Shown: one piece after another, positions 27,919 through 36,846 of the stretch
How positions within the stretch are numbered: position 1 is the stretch's first letter
Layout: each line of letters begins with the position of its first letter
Origin: a virus
DNA length: 64,000 nucleotides
Strand: one strand, 5' to 3'
IMG/VR virus record: IMGVR_UViG_3300046810_000256
Location: 19,007-83,006 of that record
The notes under the pieces: model-generated
Told to the model about the DNA's origin: nothing
The model's database searches: none
Seen by the model: the letters and a program-made list of their open reading frames with translations, nothing else
Program-made: the position numbers and the translations under genes

Positions 27919-28203
27919 TTATGCCGCATTTTCAGCGCTCTCCAGCGATTGAGCGCGCTCGTGAATCGCCAGCATTACGACCTTTAGCGCCTCACAGCGT
28001 GCGCGGTTAACCGTTTCCAGGCGTGCAAGGTAGGTACGCCGGGCGTGAAGGTCTTGGCTCATCAGGTACTGGCCGACATACTGGTCATGTAACCCCAAGC
28101 CATTCCAACAATAGCGATTTGTTGGCGGATAGCATGAACCGCAACGAAGTACGTGATTCATGTATCCCTCATGCGCTTGAAACGTGGCGTCGTCGAGCTG
28201 CAC
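27919..28203 (-). CDS. Hypothetical Cys/His-rich protein
   Basis: H..RCGSC.....YC motif. Confidence 0.6.
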   Translation of the reverse strand: MQLDDATFQAHEGYMNHVLRCGSCYPPTNRYCWNGLGLHDQYVGQYLMSQDLHARRTYLARLETVNRARCEALKVVMLAIHERAQSLESAENAA

Positions 28204-28707
28204 TTAGAATTCCTCCACGCTCCACGTAGGATCCCGGCCTTTGCTACCGGCCACCTTCTTCACAGCGATGAACTTGAATACCGGGAACATCCGCGCGGCC
28301 ACCTTGATTTTCACCCGAGCGTCATCCATCCAGACGCCCTTTACCTCATGCACCTCCAAGTGCCCACTGGCGAGCTGTACGAGGAAATCCGGTGCATATG
28401 TGGTCTTTTCTGCCAACGTCAGACGGAACGGTTCAAACTGGTACCAAACAATCTCACCAGCCATACGGCGCACTTCAAGGTGCGCCCGATAAGCCTCTTC
28501 GGTCTTGTTCAGCTCGCCTTTCTCCAGGCGCCCCAACGCCTGCATAGCCTTCATGCCCCCGCCACGGGCTGGCTTCTTCGCCTCATCGCCCGCCATGCGC
28601 AAGTGCTCCGGAACCGACTTGCTCCCGGTCTGCTTGCCCAGCGCCCGGCGCGTCATGTCCGGTGGCAGCCTGGCCAGATCCTCTTCTGAGAAAATGCGCT
28701 TGCTCAT
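28204..28707 (-). CDS. DUF1064-like PD-(D/E)XK nuclease
   Basis: LNKTE...YAPDF...HEVKG. Confidence 0.8.
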   Translation of the reverse strand: MSKRIFSEEDLARLPPDMTRRALGKQTGSKSVPEHLRMAGDEAKKPARGGGMKAMQALGRLEKGELNKTEEAYRAHLEVRRMAGEIVWYQFEPFRLTLAEKTTYAPDFLVQLASGHLEVHEVKGVWMDDARVKIKVAARMFPVFKFIAVKKVAGSKGRDPTWSVEEF

Positions 28708-28907
28708 CAGGCCACCGCACCGCTACAGCAATGACAGGAACGCACAGAGCCACGCGCCCGCAGCCAGATCATGTATTCGCGCTGCACCCGTTCATCCATG
28801 TAGTCGTCGAGGTCGCGCCCCATCGGGCCTTTCTTGCGTTCAAACGGGCCTTCGTTGTCACTCTCAAAATCACTGCGAGCCTCATCGGCCACTTCAAACA
28901 CGCTCAC
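28707..28907 (-). CDS. Hypothetical protein
   Basis: GGAGG RBS, GTG start, directly after late promoter. Confidence 0.55.
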   Translation of the reverse strand: MSVFEVADEARSDFESDNEGPFERKKGPMGRDLDDYMDERVQREYMIWLRARGSVRSCHCCSGAVA

Positions 28908-28965
28908 TGCACAGCCTCCAGATGATCAAACGGGGTACGGAACTGGCCCCTGAATGGCGTCAGCC

Positions 28966-29006
28966 AATGTAATGGCGCGCACGGCGGCGCCACCCGCAGG
29001 GTTTGC
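28966..29006 (-). promoter_or_regulatory. Late-promoter motif copy 5
   Basis: GCAAA-N30-TACATT. Confidence 0.65.
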
Positions 29007-29039
29007 AGGTGTTCGCATCAATCAGGGAGAGATTCCGGG

Positions 29040-29840
29040 TCAGGCTTGCAGCTGCTGCTCGGGCTGCTTGTCTACTTGACGGCGCAGGTAGAGCGCGGCC
29101 AGATCCATTGGGTACAAGGATCGCTCACCGGCCTGAATCGCGGTGTCGAGCGTCCACTGGCTGGTGCTCGCATTCAGGCGGTGCCAACCGGTGTTTGGGA
29201 AGTAGCCGAAGTAGGAAAGCTCTTCAGTGGCTTCGCACAGCAGGAAGTGAGTCGCCATCGACTCCGCGCCCATCATTTGCTGAATCTCGTCCAAGTGGTG
29301 CGGACGCAACGCGCCGGGCAGTGCATGGCCGTTGTAGTCGATTGGACGCTCCAGTCCCATGGATTCGCTGCGCTCCAGATGAAACGCCAGTGACCGCACC
29401 GGGCCTGCATCATCGTTTACGGCGAATGCTGCATGCTTGAACAGACGTCGCGCCCGCGGCAAACGCTCTTCTGTCGGCTCTTCTACCGGAACCCGTGGCC
29501 TTGCCACCAGTTTCGGGTGAAACACGCCAGCAGCGGCATCAGAGGGGCTTTGCGCAGGATCGCCAGCAGTTGACGCAGGTGCTTGCCGTGCTCTGGATGG
29601 CTTCAGCAGCTCGGGACGCTCACGCAGCGGCAGAAACTCGTCTTCGCCGACGATCACACTCCCCACCACACGCCCGAGGTCGACTTGATCCAGTACGAAC
29701 TCAACCAGCGCCAGCCCGCGCGCCAGCAACAGATTCAAGTTCTGATGCCCGCAACGCTTCAGCAGACTCTCGACCCGCGCCAAGCTGTTTGGCGTCATAG
29801 AAAACGTAATGTCGTGCCGCTGTAGTGCCTGACCGGTCAT
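29040..29840 (-). CDS. Hypothetical protein, possible N-terminal ribbon-helix-helix
   Basis: Start MTGQ after AGAGG; ITFSMT..SLARVESLL...LLARGLAL. Confidence 0.6.
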   Translation of the reverse strand: MTGQALQRHDITFSMTPNSLARVESLLKRCGHQNLNLLLARGLALVEFVLDQVDLGRVVGSVIVGEDEFLPLRERPELLKPSRARQAPASTAGDPAQSPSDAAAGVFHPKLVARPRVPVEEPTEERLPRARRLFKHAAFAVNDDAGPVRSLAFHLERSESMGLERPIDYNGHALPGALRPHHLDEIQQMMGAESMATHFLLCEATEELSYFGYFPNTGWHRLNASTSQWTLDTAIQAGERSLYPMDLAALYLRRQVDKQPEQQLQA

Positions 29841-29870
29841 AGAAACCTCTGAACGTGTTGAATTGATATG

Positions 29871-29910
29871 CGACATAATGACATAAAGGCACTGTATCAC
29901 AATAGCGTTT
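29871..29910 (-). promoter_or_regulatory. Early promoter repeat copy A
   Basis: CGCTA-TTGTGA-N16-CATTAT-GTCG with TG extension. Confidence 0.7.
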
Positions 29911-29998
29911 CTGTGTTTTTGTGCTGTTTGCGCTCTCCCGGTAGCCAGACACGAAAAAGCCCGCACGCGGCGGGCTCTTCAGCGGACGGTATAGCGGC

Positions 29999-30244
29999 CT
30001 ACCCTGCTGCGGCTTCTTCGGCCTCAGCGTCCAGTACCAGCTTGTTCACGCCCCCGATCAACTCACCCACGGCGGTGTTGTAGGCCTGCTCAGCCTGGGC
30101 GCACTCGCGCAGCACCTTGTTGCGCTGCCGGGTTGTCATGCTGGTCAGCTGCTCCAGTGGCTTCATGGCCTTGCGGTGCTCGGCGCTGGCGTCGTTCACC
30201 GGGTTGATGAATTGGCGCAGGGCCACAGTGTCAATCTTTGCCAT
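29999..30244 (-). CDS. Hypothetical protein
   Basis: Start MAKID; followed by terminator-like hairpin near 29954-29977. Confidence 0.6.
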   Translation of the reverse strand: MAKIDTVALRQFINPVNDASAEHRKAMKPLEQLTSMTTRQRNKVLRECAQAEQAYNTAVGELIGGVNKLVLDAEAEEAAAG

Positions 30245-30461
30245 GTCGGGTTTGTCCTGGCTCATCGAATTTGTGGGTTTGCACGTACCGGGCAAGATCG
30301 ATGCAGGCCGGACAGTCCACCAACGCATCCGTGGGCAGCCCCTGCTCGATGTCGCCATGCTTCACGCCGCACAGCGTCACGTATCCCTTGCGGCCAACGT
30401 AATGCGTCTGGTCACGCTCAGGGTGATAGGTCTTTTCAGCCAACGGCAATTGCTTGGCCAT
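30231..30461 (-). CDS. Hypothetical protein (Cys/His motif)
   Basis: TH...TLCG...VDCPAC. Confidence 0.6.
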   Translation of the reverse strand: MAKQLPLAEKTYHPERDQTHYVGRKGYVTLCGVKHGDIEQGLPTDALVDCPACIDLARYVQTHKFDEPGQTRHGKD

Positions 30462-30503
30462 CTGTCTCTACCTGTCATGTCATTAACTACGATAACGGCG
30501 CGG

Positions 30504-30734
30504 TCAGTACGCCCCGCCGCCTGCCTTGTGCCAATAGGCGCCATTCGCATCGGGCACCATCGGGTGCCGATCCATACTTGATGGCCAGCTTGCATACAGT
30601 GCTGGGTTACCGTCCTCAAGGAACACCACTGCATCCGGATGGCCACCTTCGTGCAGCTCGTTGATCAGGTCGGCCATGTCCTGACAGATGCTCTCAAAGC
30701 GCCTGATTTGCTTGGCGGTCAGTTTCTTTGCCAT
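30504..30734 (-). CDS. Hypothetical protein
   Basis: AAGGA RBS; in early operon. Confidence 0.6.
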   Translation of the reverse strand: MAKKLTAKQIRRFESICQDMADLINELHEGGHPDAVVFLEDGNPALYASWPSSMDRHPMVPDANGAYWHKAGGGAY

Positions 30735-30748
30735 GGTGGGTATTCCTT

Positions 30749-31027
30749 TCAGTTGCGGCTCACGGCGCGGTACGCCTCATAGGCTTCGAATTGCTCGTTG
30801 AAAGCGTCGGCCAGATCACATTCGGCGGAGACGGGCGCCATGACGTGCTGCACTGCTCGGGCAAAAGTGTCGCCCAGCTCCCGACGAGCCTCGCGGGCCT
30901 CTTTCTTCTCTGGCTGGCCGTTGGCCGGGTGCATCGCTTTGGCATCGGCGCGCAACCAGTCGGCCAGGATGTCCACCACGTAGCCGGGCAGCTCAATCGG
31001 GAACGGGTTGTTCTTGGCGTCGGTCAT
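30749..31027 (-). CDS. Hypothetical protein
   Basis: AAGGA RBS. Confidence 0.65.
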   Translation of the reverse strand: MTDAKNNPFPIELPGYVVDILADWLRADAKAMHPANGQPEKKEAREARRELGDTFARAVQHVMAPVSAECDLADAFNEQFEAYEAYRAVSRN

Positions 31028-31042
31028 CGTGGGATTCCTTTT

Positions 31043-31315
31043 CTACTCAAAGCCCAATGGGACGGTTTCAATTTCGAAGCGGTTGGCAGATCCATGACCT
31101 GGCGCCGGGTGCTTGTCCTCCCACTGGCGTAAAAGGCTTTCCCAATCGTCAACCACGTCATCAGCCAGGGTCAGCACGCTTGGCCGCGTGCGGTGATGCG
31201 CCTCTACCACGGCCAGATACGCCTTGGCCTGTTCTGGCGTAGTAAAGGCCCGCACCGGGTCGCGACCTTCATAGTCAACCACCGCCATCACCAGATGAAT
31301 CAGCATGGTGTGCAT
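31043..31315 (-). CDS. Hypothetical protein
   Basis: In operon. Confidence 0.6.
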   Translation of the reverse strand: MHTMLIHLVMAVVDYEGRDPVRAFTTPEQAKAYLAVVEAHHRTRPSVLTLADDVVDDWESLLRQWEDKHPAPGHGSANRFEIETVPLGFE

Positions 31316-31320
31316 TCCTT

Positions 31321-31539
31321 TCAGTGCCGCACAGGCGCTGGAATGCCGCCTATGTTCTGCGCCAGCGCGTCGACGCTTTCCAGCGTTTCTTTGATGGCGG
31401 CCAGCACCTTTGCCTTGGCCTCGCTTTCGCGCACGCCCGGTTTCGTTGGGGCTAGCTCAAGCAGCGCCAGTGTGTTTTCTAAGCGCCTTCTGACTAAGGC
31501 CAGATCCTCGCGCGCCTCATCAAGCCCGTCACCATTCAT
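31321..31539 (-). CDS. Hypothetical protein
   Basis: ATGA coupling at 31536-31539. Confidence 0.55.
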   Translation of the reverse strand: MNGDGLDEAREDLALVRRRLENTLALLELAPTKPGVRESEAKAKVLAAIKETLESVDALAQNIGGIPAPVRH

Positions 31540-31799
31540 TGCGGCTCTCCAGGGGTTGTCGACTTTGGTGGGTGCCGGACACAGAACGGACATACCCAAC
31601 CGGCGCGCTTTTTCAGCCATCCGCCATCGCGGGCGTCCTGCTCCAGAGAGCGCATTAACTCCAGCAGGTCAGCCCGGTTGTCGTCGGCCATTCCCATCGG
31701 CCCGGCGTTGTCCGCTGTAAAGCAGCGCTCACCAATATTGCCGACTCCCTCGACTTCATCGCTGCGCTCTTCACAACGCAATTCAACCCATGTGCCCAT
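31536..31799 (-). CDS. Hypothetical protein (Cys motif)
   Basis: ELRCE...GWVCPFC; AAGGA RBS. Confidence 0.6.
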   Translation of the reverse strand: MGTWVELRCEERSDEVEGVGNIGERCFTADNAGPMGMADDNRADLLELMRSLEQDARDGGWLKKRAGWVCPFCVRHPPKSTTPGEPQ

Positions 31800-31857
31800 T
31801 CTTGATTCCTTACTGGTGGGCTGCGCAGATTGGCAATCTCAGCCGCTCGCCAGCATA

Positions 31858-31873
31858 CTGGTTATACATACAG
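31858..31873. promoter_or_regulatory. LexA (SOS) box
   Basis: CTGGTTATACATACAG = CTG-N10-CAG with AT-rich core, 17 bp before ATG at 31891. Confidence 0.8.
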
Positions 31874-31890
31874 CTTTAAGGCATTCATCC

Positions 31891-32139
31891 ATGCCCCAGG
31901 TACTACCACCGTTCATTCCGGTGACCCAAGACGAATTGCGCACTCTGTGGGTCAAGTATCCCGCCCCCGAGGTTCGCCGGTTGGCGCTTGAGGTTGCCCG
32001 GTACCGCAACGTGCTGGCCGAGATCGATCGGCTTTACAGAATCACCCATCAAGCTTGGCGGGACACGCAGGGCGGCAACCTCACGGCTCTGCACGAGCTC
32101 CAAGCGCTTATGTATGCAGAGCGCGAGCGGCTTCCTTGA
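31891..32139 (+). CDS. Small putative SOS-inducible protein
   Basis: MPQVLPPFIPVTQDELRTLW...EVRRLALEVARYR; lone plus-strand gene behind LexA box. Confidence 0.75.
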   Translation: MPQVLPPFIPVTQDELRTLWVKYPAPEVRRLALEVARYRNVLAEIDRLYRITHQAWRDTQGGNLTALHELQALMYAERERLP

Positions 32140-32142
32140 GCC

Positions 32143-32403
32143 TCAGCCGTCAGGACGATCAGTCAGCACTAGATGGCCAAGTTCGATCTGTACGAGGTTC
32201 CGACTGCGCAGACTGTCAAAATCTTTGCGGCGGGCAGGATTTGGAAGCCGTTCCGGAACCCAGCCATTGCGCCCCCAATAAACACCAATGGGCTGAGCCT
32301 CAAGGCGTTTCAGTATCGCCTTTTCGCCATCAGACAGCGGCGCTTCCCCAGCGCTTGCGGTGCGCGTCACTGGTGCGCTTCCCACTGCGGGCGGCGCAGC
32401 CAA
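32143..32403 (-). CDS. Hypothetical protein
   Basis: In operon; true start may be GTG at 32370. Confidence 0.5.
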   Translation of the reverse strand: MAAPPAVGSAPVTRTASAGEAPLSDGEKAILKRLEAQPIGVYWGRNGWVPERLPNPARRKDFDSLRSRNLVQIELGHLVLTDRPDG

Positions 32404-32612
32404 ACGAATTCATGGCAGAACGTCACGAACTGCTGAAGCTCGCCATCTTGCTGGGCGGCCAGCACTTCGTCATAGCCGGTGGCCTTGTCGATCATGGCGT
32501 CAAACGGGCTGCGCGCCAGCTTCTCGCCGAGGTGGCAGCCGGTCAGACGGTTGAAGCCCTGCACAAACTCAGGCATGCCAGCGCACGCCAGGAGGCAATC
32601 GTAGAAAGTCAT
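32367..32612 (-). CDS. Hypothetical protein
   Basis: Overlap coupling. Confidence 0.6.
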   Translation of the reverse strand: MTFYDCLLACAGMPEFVQGFNRLTGCHLGEKLARSPFDAMIDKATGYDEVLAAQQDGELQQFVTFCHEFVWLRRPQWEAHQ

Positions 32613-32869
32613 GTCAGCTTCCGATTTGTTGGGTTGATTTCAGGCAGGTCGTCGACCTCGCTGCCGTGTACGTGGCCAAGGCCGACATCGACGCGCAGAT
32701 CCAGAGCGCTGCCGGAATACCAGATTTCACTGCCTTGCACCCTCACCGAACGCTGGCGCAGCCAACGGTAGCGATCAGCGAACAGGCGCAGCTCCGCCAG
32801 TTCGTCCGCTGTCGGCAGTTCAGGCGCCAGCTCAATGGGTTTTTTCACTTTCGGCCTTCCGTGCTTCAT
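32609..32869 (-). CDS. Hypothetical protein
   Basis: ADRYRWLR motif common in phage early proteins. Confidence 0.55.
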   Translation of the reverse strand: MKHGRPKVKKPIELAPELPTADELAELRLFADRYRWLRQRSVRVQGSEIWYSGSALDLRVDVGLGHVHGSEVDDLPEINPTNRKLT

Positions 32870-33059
32870 CTGCTCGGGCCAACCATTTGCGGGCCTCTTT
32901 CTTCAGCCACTCAGACATCACCCGCCCTTCAGCGAATTCGCTGGGAACATTCGTCCAGCCCATCAGTAGGTGTTCTGCCGCTTCGTTCAAAGCCTCATAG
33001 CGGCCATCCATCTGTCTGGCGGTCAGCTTCTTGGCCATGGCTACGCTTCCCCGGCGCAT
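32832..33059 (-). CDS. Hypothetical protein
   Basis: Likely start MAKKLTA at 33038. Confidence 0.5.
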   Translation of the reverse strand: MRRGSVAMAKKLTARQMDGRYEALNEAAEHLLMGWTNVPSEFAEGRVMSEWLKKEARKWLARADEARKAESEKTH

Positions 33060-33547
33060 TTAAACGCCTTCGCATGCCCTACGCACACCTTCGTCGGGTT
33101 ACCTCTGTCATCCGTCTCCGCGTGACACATGAACCCTTTCTGATCGAATGACATGTAAGCGGCGTCACTGGTGGCCATCGGCGATTGGTTCGCCATTGAG
33201 CCGAGCCGGTAAGCGCAGCCTTCGCAGGCGCCAGCAGGATCACACTGGGCAGCAAGTGCCACACCCTGACACGCGCCCAATATTGTCGGCAGGTTCACGC
33301 TGTCGAACTTATCCGGATGCATTCCCAGCTCACTGATGAGCACCAAATCGGTCATGTCCCGGCAGTTGTCCGCGACAGAGTTCGCCATCCCAATGAACTG
33401 GGCGAATAGCTCAACAAGGCTTTCAGCCCCGTACTGTTCCAGATAGTCACTCAGCCCGGAGATTCGCCCGGCCAGCGGCAGGTTGACCAGCGCGGCAACA
33501 TCCTCAGCCTGGCGCGGGGTCATCGTGTAATCCGTGTGCCCGCTCAT
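33041..33547 (-). CDS. Hypothetical Cys-rich protein
   Basis: CEGCAYRLGSMAN...FMCH...CVGH. Confidence 0.7.
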   Translation of the reverse strand: MSGHTDYTMTPRQAEDVAALVNLPLAGRISGLSDYLEQYGAESLVELFAQFIGMANSVADNCRDMTDLVLISELGMHPDKFDSVNLPTILGACQGVALAAQCDPAGACEGCAYRLGSMANQSPMATSDAAYMSFDQKGFMCHAETDDRGNPTKVCVGHAKAFKCAGEA

Positions 33548-33789
33548 GCGCCACCACTGTCGAGATAGATGCCGTAACTTTTCACAGTGTCGGTGTCTTC
33601 GTGGCCAGTGTTGGCGCGCTCAAGAATAGCTTCACAGCTCGACCGGCGGCGGATTTCGTCTTGAAGTGAATCATCTGCAACGGTGACATGCAGGTTGCTA
33701 TCAATGCCTACCAGTACCAGACCCGCCCGCTTGCAGCTCAGTAGCGCGGCTTCCAGCTTCTTGATTGCGGCCAACTGATTCTTCTTCAT
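33544..33789 (-). CDS. Hypothetical protein
   Basis: In operon. Confidence 0.6.
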   Translation of the reverse strand: MKKNQLAAIKKLEAALLSCKRAGLVLVGIDSNLHVTVADDSLQDEIRRRSSCEAILERANTGHEDTDTVKSYGIYLDSGGA

Positions 33790-33791
33790 CG

Positions 33792-33950
33792 CTACTTCAC
33801 TTCGTCGAAGTGCCACTGCACGCAGTCGAAGGCCGCTTGCTTAGCCTCTTCGTCAATCTGTTCTTGGGTCGCATCGTCCGGCACTTCAAACTCAAACTCT
33901 ACTTCTGAGCCCTGGACGTCGGTTTTGATCGTGCCCTGAAAAGTACGCAT
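33792..33950 (-). CDS. Small acidic protein
   Basis: MRTFQGTIKT...VPDDATQEQIDEEA; first gene after early promoter B. Confidence 0.65.
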   Translation of the reverse strand: MRTFQGTIKTDVQGSEVEFEFEVPDDATQEQIDEEAKQAAFDCVQWHFDEVK

Positions 33951-33977
33951 CGAATCGCTTCCTGTGAAAATCATTAA

Positions 33978-34016
33978 CGACATAATGACACAAAAGCACT
34001 GCAACACAATAGCGCT
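33978..34016 (-). promoter_or_regulatory. Early promoter repeat copy B
   Basis: CGCTA-TTGTGT-N16-CATTAT-GTCG. Confidence 0.7.
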
Positions 34017-34041
34017 TTTGTGTTTGTCTGCCGGGCACTGA

Positions 34042-34692
34042 TCAGAACGATTCTTCAGCCTGAGCCGTCGCACCTGCATAGGTCACGTTCGGCGCTTCGA
34101 AGCGCACAATCAGATCCGTCGACTTGCCGTCATTGAACAGCCTCACTGACGCGCGCCGGACGTCTTCCTGCGCAGCCTTGAGAATGGCGTCGATATCGGC
34201 ATACCCGAGGGTTTCAGGCACTTCAAGGTAGGTGTAGGTGATGTCACCGGTGGCAAGGGCAGCACTTTCGAAGGCCGCGAACTTCTGCACGTACTCGTCT
34301 TGGCTCTTGGCTGTGTTGCGCAGCGTCACCATGTCGATAAACGACTTCGTGTTTTCCATCGAAATGATGTTGAAGGACTTCGACAGCGCGTCGGTAACAC
34401 GCTGGTACATGGCTTGCTGGTACGGCGCGATCAGCGCAACGGCGTCCAGCTTGTTCTCACGGAAGAACAGCGCCACGGTGAATTTCTGGCCGACGAACTC
34501 AAAGTTGTCAGTGCAGCGCCCGGTGTGCTCGGGGTTCGAACAGTCGTAATAGCCCGCCGAGCGCGTGTATTTATCGATGGGCGTGCCGTAGGTGTAGTCC
34601 TTGAAAAGACTCACGCCCGCCGATGCACTTGGAATGCCGGTGAGCAGGCCGAGGCCGGTGGTTAGCGCAAGCGCGATGAGCTTTTTAGACAT
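34042..34692 (-). CDS. Secreted/periplasmic protein
   Basis: Sec signal MSKKLIALALTTGLGLLTGIPSASA. Confidence 0.75.
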   Translation of the reverse strand: MSKKLIALALTTGLGLLTGIPSASAGVSLFKDYTYGTPIDKYTRSAGYYDCSNPEHTGRCTDNFEFVGQKFTVALFFRENKLDAVALIAPYQQAMYQRVTDALSKSFNIISMENTKSFIDMVTLRNTAKSQDEYVQKFAAFESAALATGDITYTYLEVPETLGYADIDAILKAAQEDVRRASVRLFNDGKSTDLIVRFEAPNVTYAGATAQAEESF

Positions 34693-34766
34693 CAAGAAAG
34701 TCCCTTTCGGTATCAGTGTTGGCGGTATATCGCCGAACGATACTATGAAAGGGACAGGGCCGGTTA

Positions 34767-35132
34767 TCAGGCGCCTGCGGTGGGCCTGGGCTTCTTGGCG
34801 GTCTTGAGCCGGTAGTTTCGGCAGCAGCTGGTGCAGAACACACGCATGGCACCGGACCGGGTTTGCTTGAGCAGGCCGCCGCACTCGCACCGGTTAGTTT
34901 CCAGATACTTGGACACCGCGACGTTGATCGCGGCACCGTTGTTTCGCCTCGGGCGGGTAAGCCCCAGCGCCTTGCAAACCCGCCGGTAATCCTGCGCTAT
35001 CCACTCTTCACCTGGCTCGTGGCCAAGGCCGTCGCCAAGCATGTCGCCCAGTTTGATCAGCTGGTCATACAGGTACTTATTTGGATCTTCCGGGGGCGTA
35101 GGCTTGTGCTCTTCAAACAGGTCTGACTGCAT
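34767..35132 (-). CDS. Hypothetical protein with C-terminal Zn ribbon
   Basis: CECGG...CTSC. Confidence 0.65.
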   Translation of the reverse strand: MQSDLFEEHKPTPPEDPNKYLYDQLIKLGDMLGDGLGHEPGEEWIAQDYRRVCKALGLTRPRRNNGAAINVAVSKYLETNRCECGGLLKQTRSGAMRVFCTSCCRNYRLKTAKKPRPTAGA

Positions 35133-35532
35133 GGGCGGTCACCTCTTCCGGCGTCACCAGCACTGCCGGTACCAGCACTACGTCGCCACGGTGCAGCCTC
35201 ACCAGCGCCCGGCAGAACGCTTGCAGGAGCGTGGAACCACCGGCAATTCGACAAAACCCCTCGGGGCTGTTTCTCTTGGCAAAGACGCGAAACTCAGCAG
35301 GATCGCTGTCGGTAACCATGCCGAAGCACTTCGCATACTTGTCCATCAACGGCCCGCCCTGATTCCAGTCCATCCAAGGCCGGAATGCGTAGCCGGTCGA
35401 CGCTAGGGCAACACGCCAGTAGGTGCCGTTGTGCGGGGGCGACAACTTCACTTCAACCCCCAACACCTGCGCCACCGCCCAGCCTAGCGCCCACCCTTCC
35501 AAGTCGCGCAGCGCCACCTCGACCATGTTCAT
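35113..35532 (-). CDS. NinX/DUF2591-family protein
   Basis: LEGWALGWAVA...PWMDWNQGGPLMDKY...AFCRALV. Confidence 0.8.
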   Translation of the reverse strand: MNMVEVALRDLEGWALGWAVAQVLGVEVKLSPPHNGTYWRVALASTGYAFRPWMDWNQGGPLMDKYAKCFGMVTDSDPAEFRVFAKRNSPEGFCRIAGGSTLLQAFCRALVRLHRGDVVLVPAVLVTPEEVTAHAVRPV

Positions 35533-36209
35533 GATTGGTCACCGGGTGCGCTGTAGTCCTTGATAACCGGCCATTGCGGTTCGCGGTACAGACCGTGCCC
35601 CTTGTAGAACTCAATTTCAGCCGGGGTTAGACGGTTGGCGTCACGTCCCATCATCGACACGATGCCTTCCAGCGCGGCGCGGGTTTGGTCAATAGCATCC
35701 GGCGCCGCAACCGCTGTACCAACCTGCCCCATCACTACCCAACCGCGTATCCAGTCCATCAACGTGTAAGGAATGGCGAAAGTTTTGCCCCCGTATGAGA
35801 GCAGCGCTACCGGCTCGTGCTTTGGCTGCATTGGCGCTTTCCAAAGCAACACCGGCTTGACGTTACACTTTTCTACGGGGGCAGGCAGCTTGCGATCTTC
35901 AGGCACCGGGGGGTGCGTGAAGGGCGTGAACAACTCGCTGTCCGACAGAGCGATTTGTATGTCCTTCACAAGATCATCCATGTTGCTGTATTCGTCCCGC
36001 ATGCCGTCGCTTTCGTCGATGGCTCTTTGCAGCAGGATATCCCGCTCCGCGATCTTGGTAAGCAACTGCTTACGATCCAGCCATGGTGTCGGGCACTCGC
36101 CAGGCGGGCGCGTTCCAAGCGCTCCGGACGCCTTGCACCCGAAGCATATGTGCCAACCGCCGTCATCCATCTCAACCACTTCCATGTGATGCTTGTCTGG
36201 CCCGTTCAT
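35529..36209 (-). CDS. Hypothetical protein
   Basis: Overlap coupling. Confidence 0.6.
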   Translation of the reverse strand: MNGPDKHHMEVVEMDDGGWHICFGCKASGALGTRPPGECPTPWLDRKQLLTKIAERDILLQRAIDESDGMRDEYSNMDDLVKDIQIALSDSELFTPFTHPPVPEDRKLPAPVEKCNVKPVLLWKAPMQPKHEPVALLSYGGKTFAIPYTLMDWIRGWVVMGQVGTAVAAPDAIDQTRAALEGIVSMMGRDANRLTPAEIEFYKGHGLYREPQWPVIKDYSAPGDQS

Positions 36210-36550
36210 TCGTTTGCACCCTCTGGCATCGTCTCCACCACAATCACGCCGTATTGCCTCAGCGCCTCGAATAGATCGCTCACATACGCTCCGCCATTGA
36301 ATTCCGGCCCGCCGTCAACGTCCTCAAACGTCTCGTGGTACTTCGGATCATTCCGAGACGGCACGCGGACGTAGCGCAGGTAGGTGTCTGCTGGCCGGGC
36401 GTACAGCGGTGCTCCATCTGGCAACGCTCGCCCAGCAGTGTTGAGATAAGCCCGCACAGGTAGAGGATCGTGATAAACGCGCCCCACTGTCTGATCAGGC
36501 ACCAGCGCCAGCTTGCTCAGCGGCCCAGTACCGTCGCGTGCGGCGGTCAT
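36206..36550 (-). CDS. Hypothetical protein
   Basis: Overlap coupling. Confidence 0.55.
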   Translation of the reverse strand: MTAARDGTGPLSKLALVPDQTVGRVYHDPLPVRAYLNTAGRALPDGAPLYARPADTYLRYVRVPSRNDPKYHETFEDVDGGPEFNGGAYVSDLFEALRQYGVIVVETMPEGANE

Positions 36551-36846
36551 GACTTCACCTTCTTGTCTTGCGCACACTTCGGGCACCCGCCATCCGCTAC
36601 AAAATCAAGAAAAGTGTGTGTGCAGTCAGACGCCAGCCAATCAGGAATAGTCAGTTCCGGCGTTCGCAGGTCAGGTGACGCAGGTATTTTCCCCGTCCCG
36701 TTGCAAGGGTCGCAAATAGTTGTAGGTGATTCTTCAATGCCGGTGCCGACCGTTCCGTAACCGCCGCAGCGTTTGCACAGAATATCCTTGCTCATACATT
36801 GCTCCATGGGTACAGGCGAGATCCGCTTATTGTCGGTCATCGTCAA
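36547..36846 (-). CDS. DnaJ-type Zn-finger protein
   Basis: CKRCGGYG...CDPCNGTG. Confidence 0.65.
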   Translation of the reverse strand: MTMTDNKRISPVPMEQCMSKDILCKRCGGYGTVGTGIEESPTTICDPCNGTGKIPASPDLRTPELTIPDWLASDCTHTFLDFVADGGCPKCAQDKKVKS

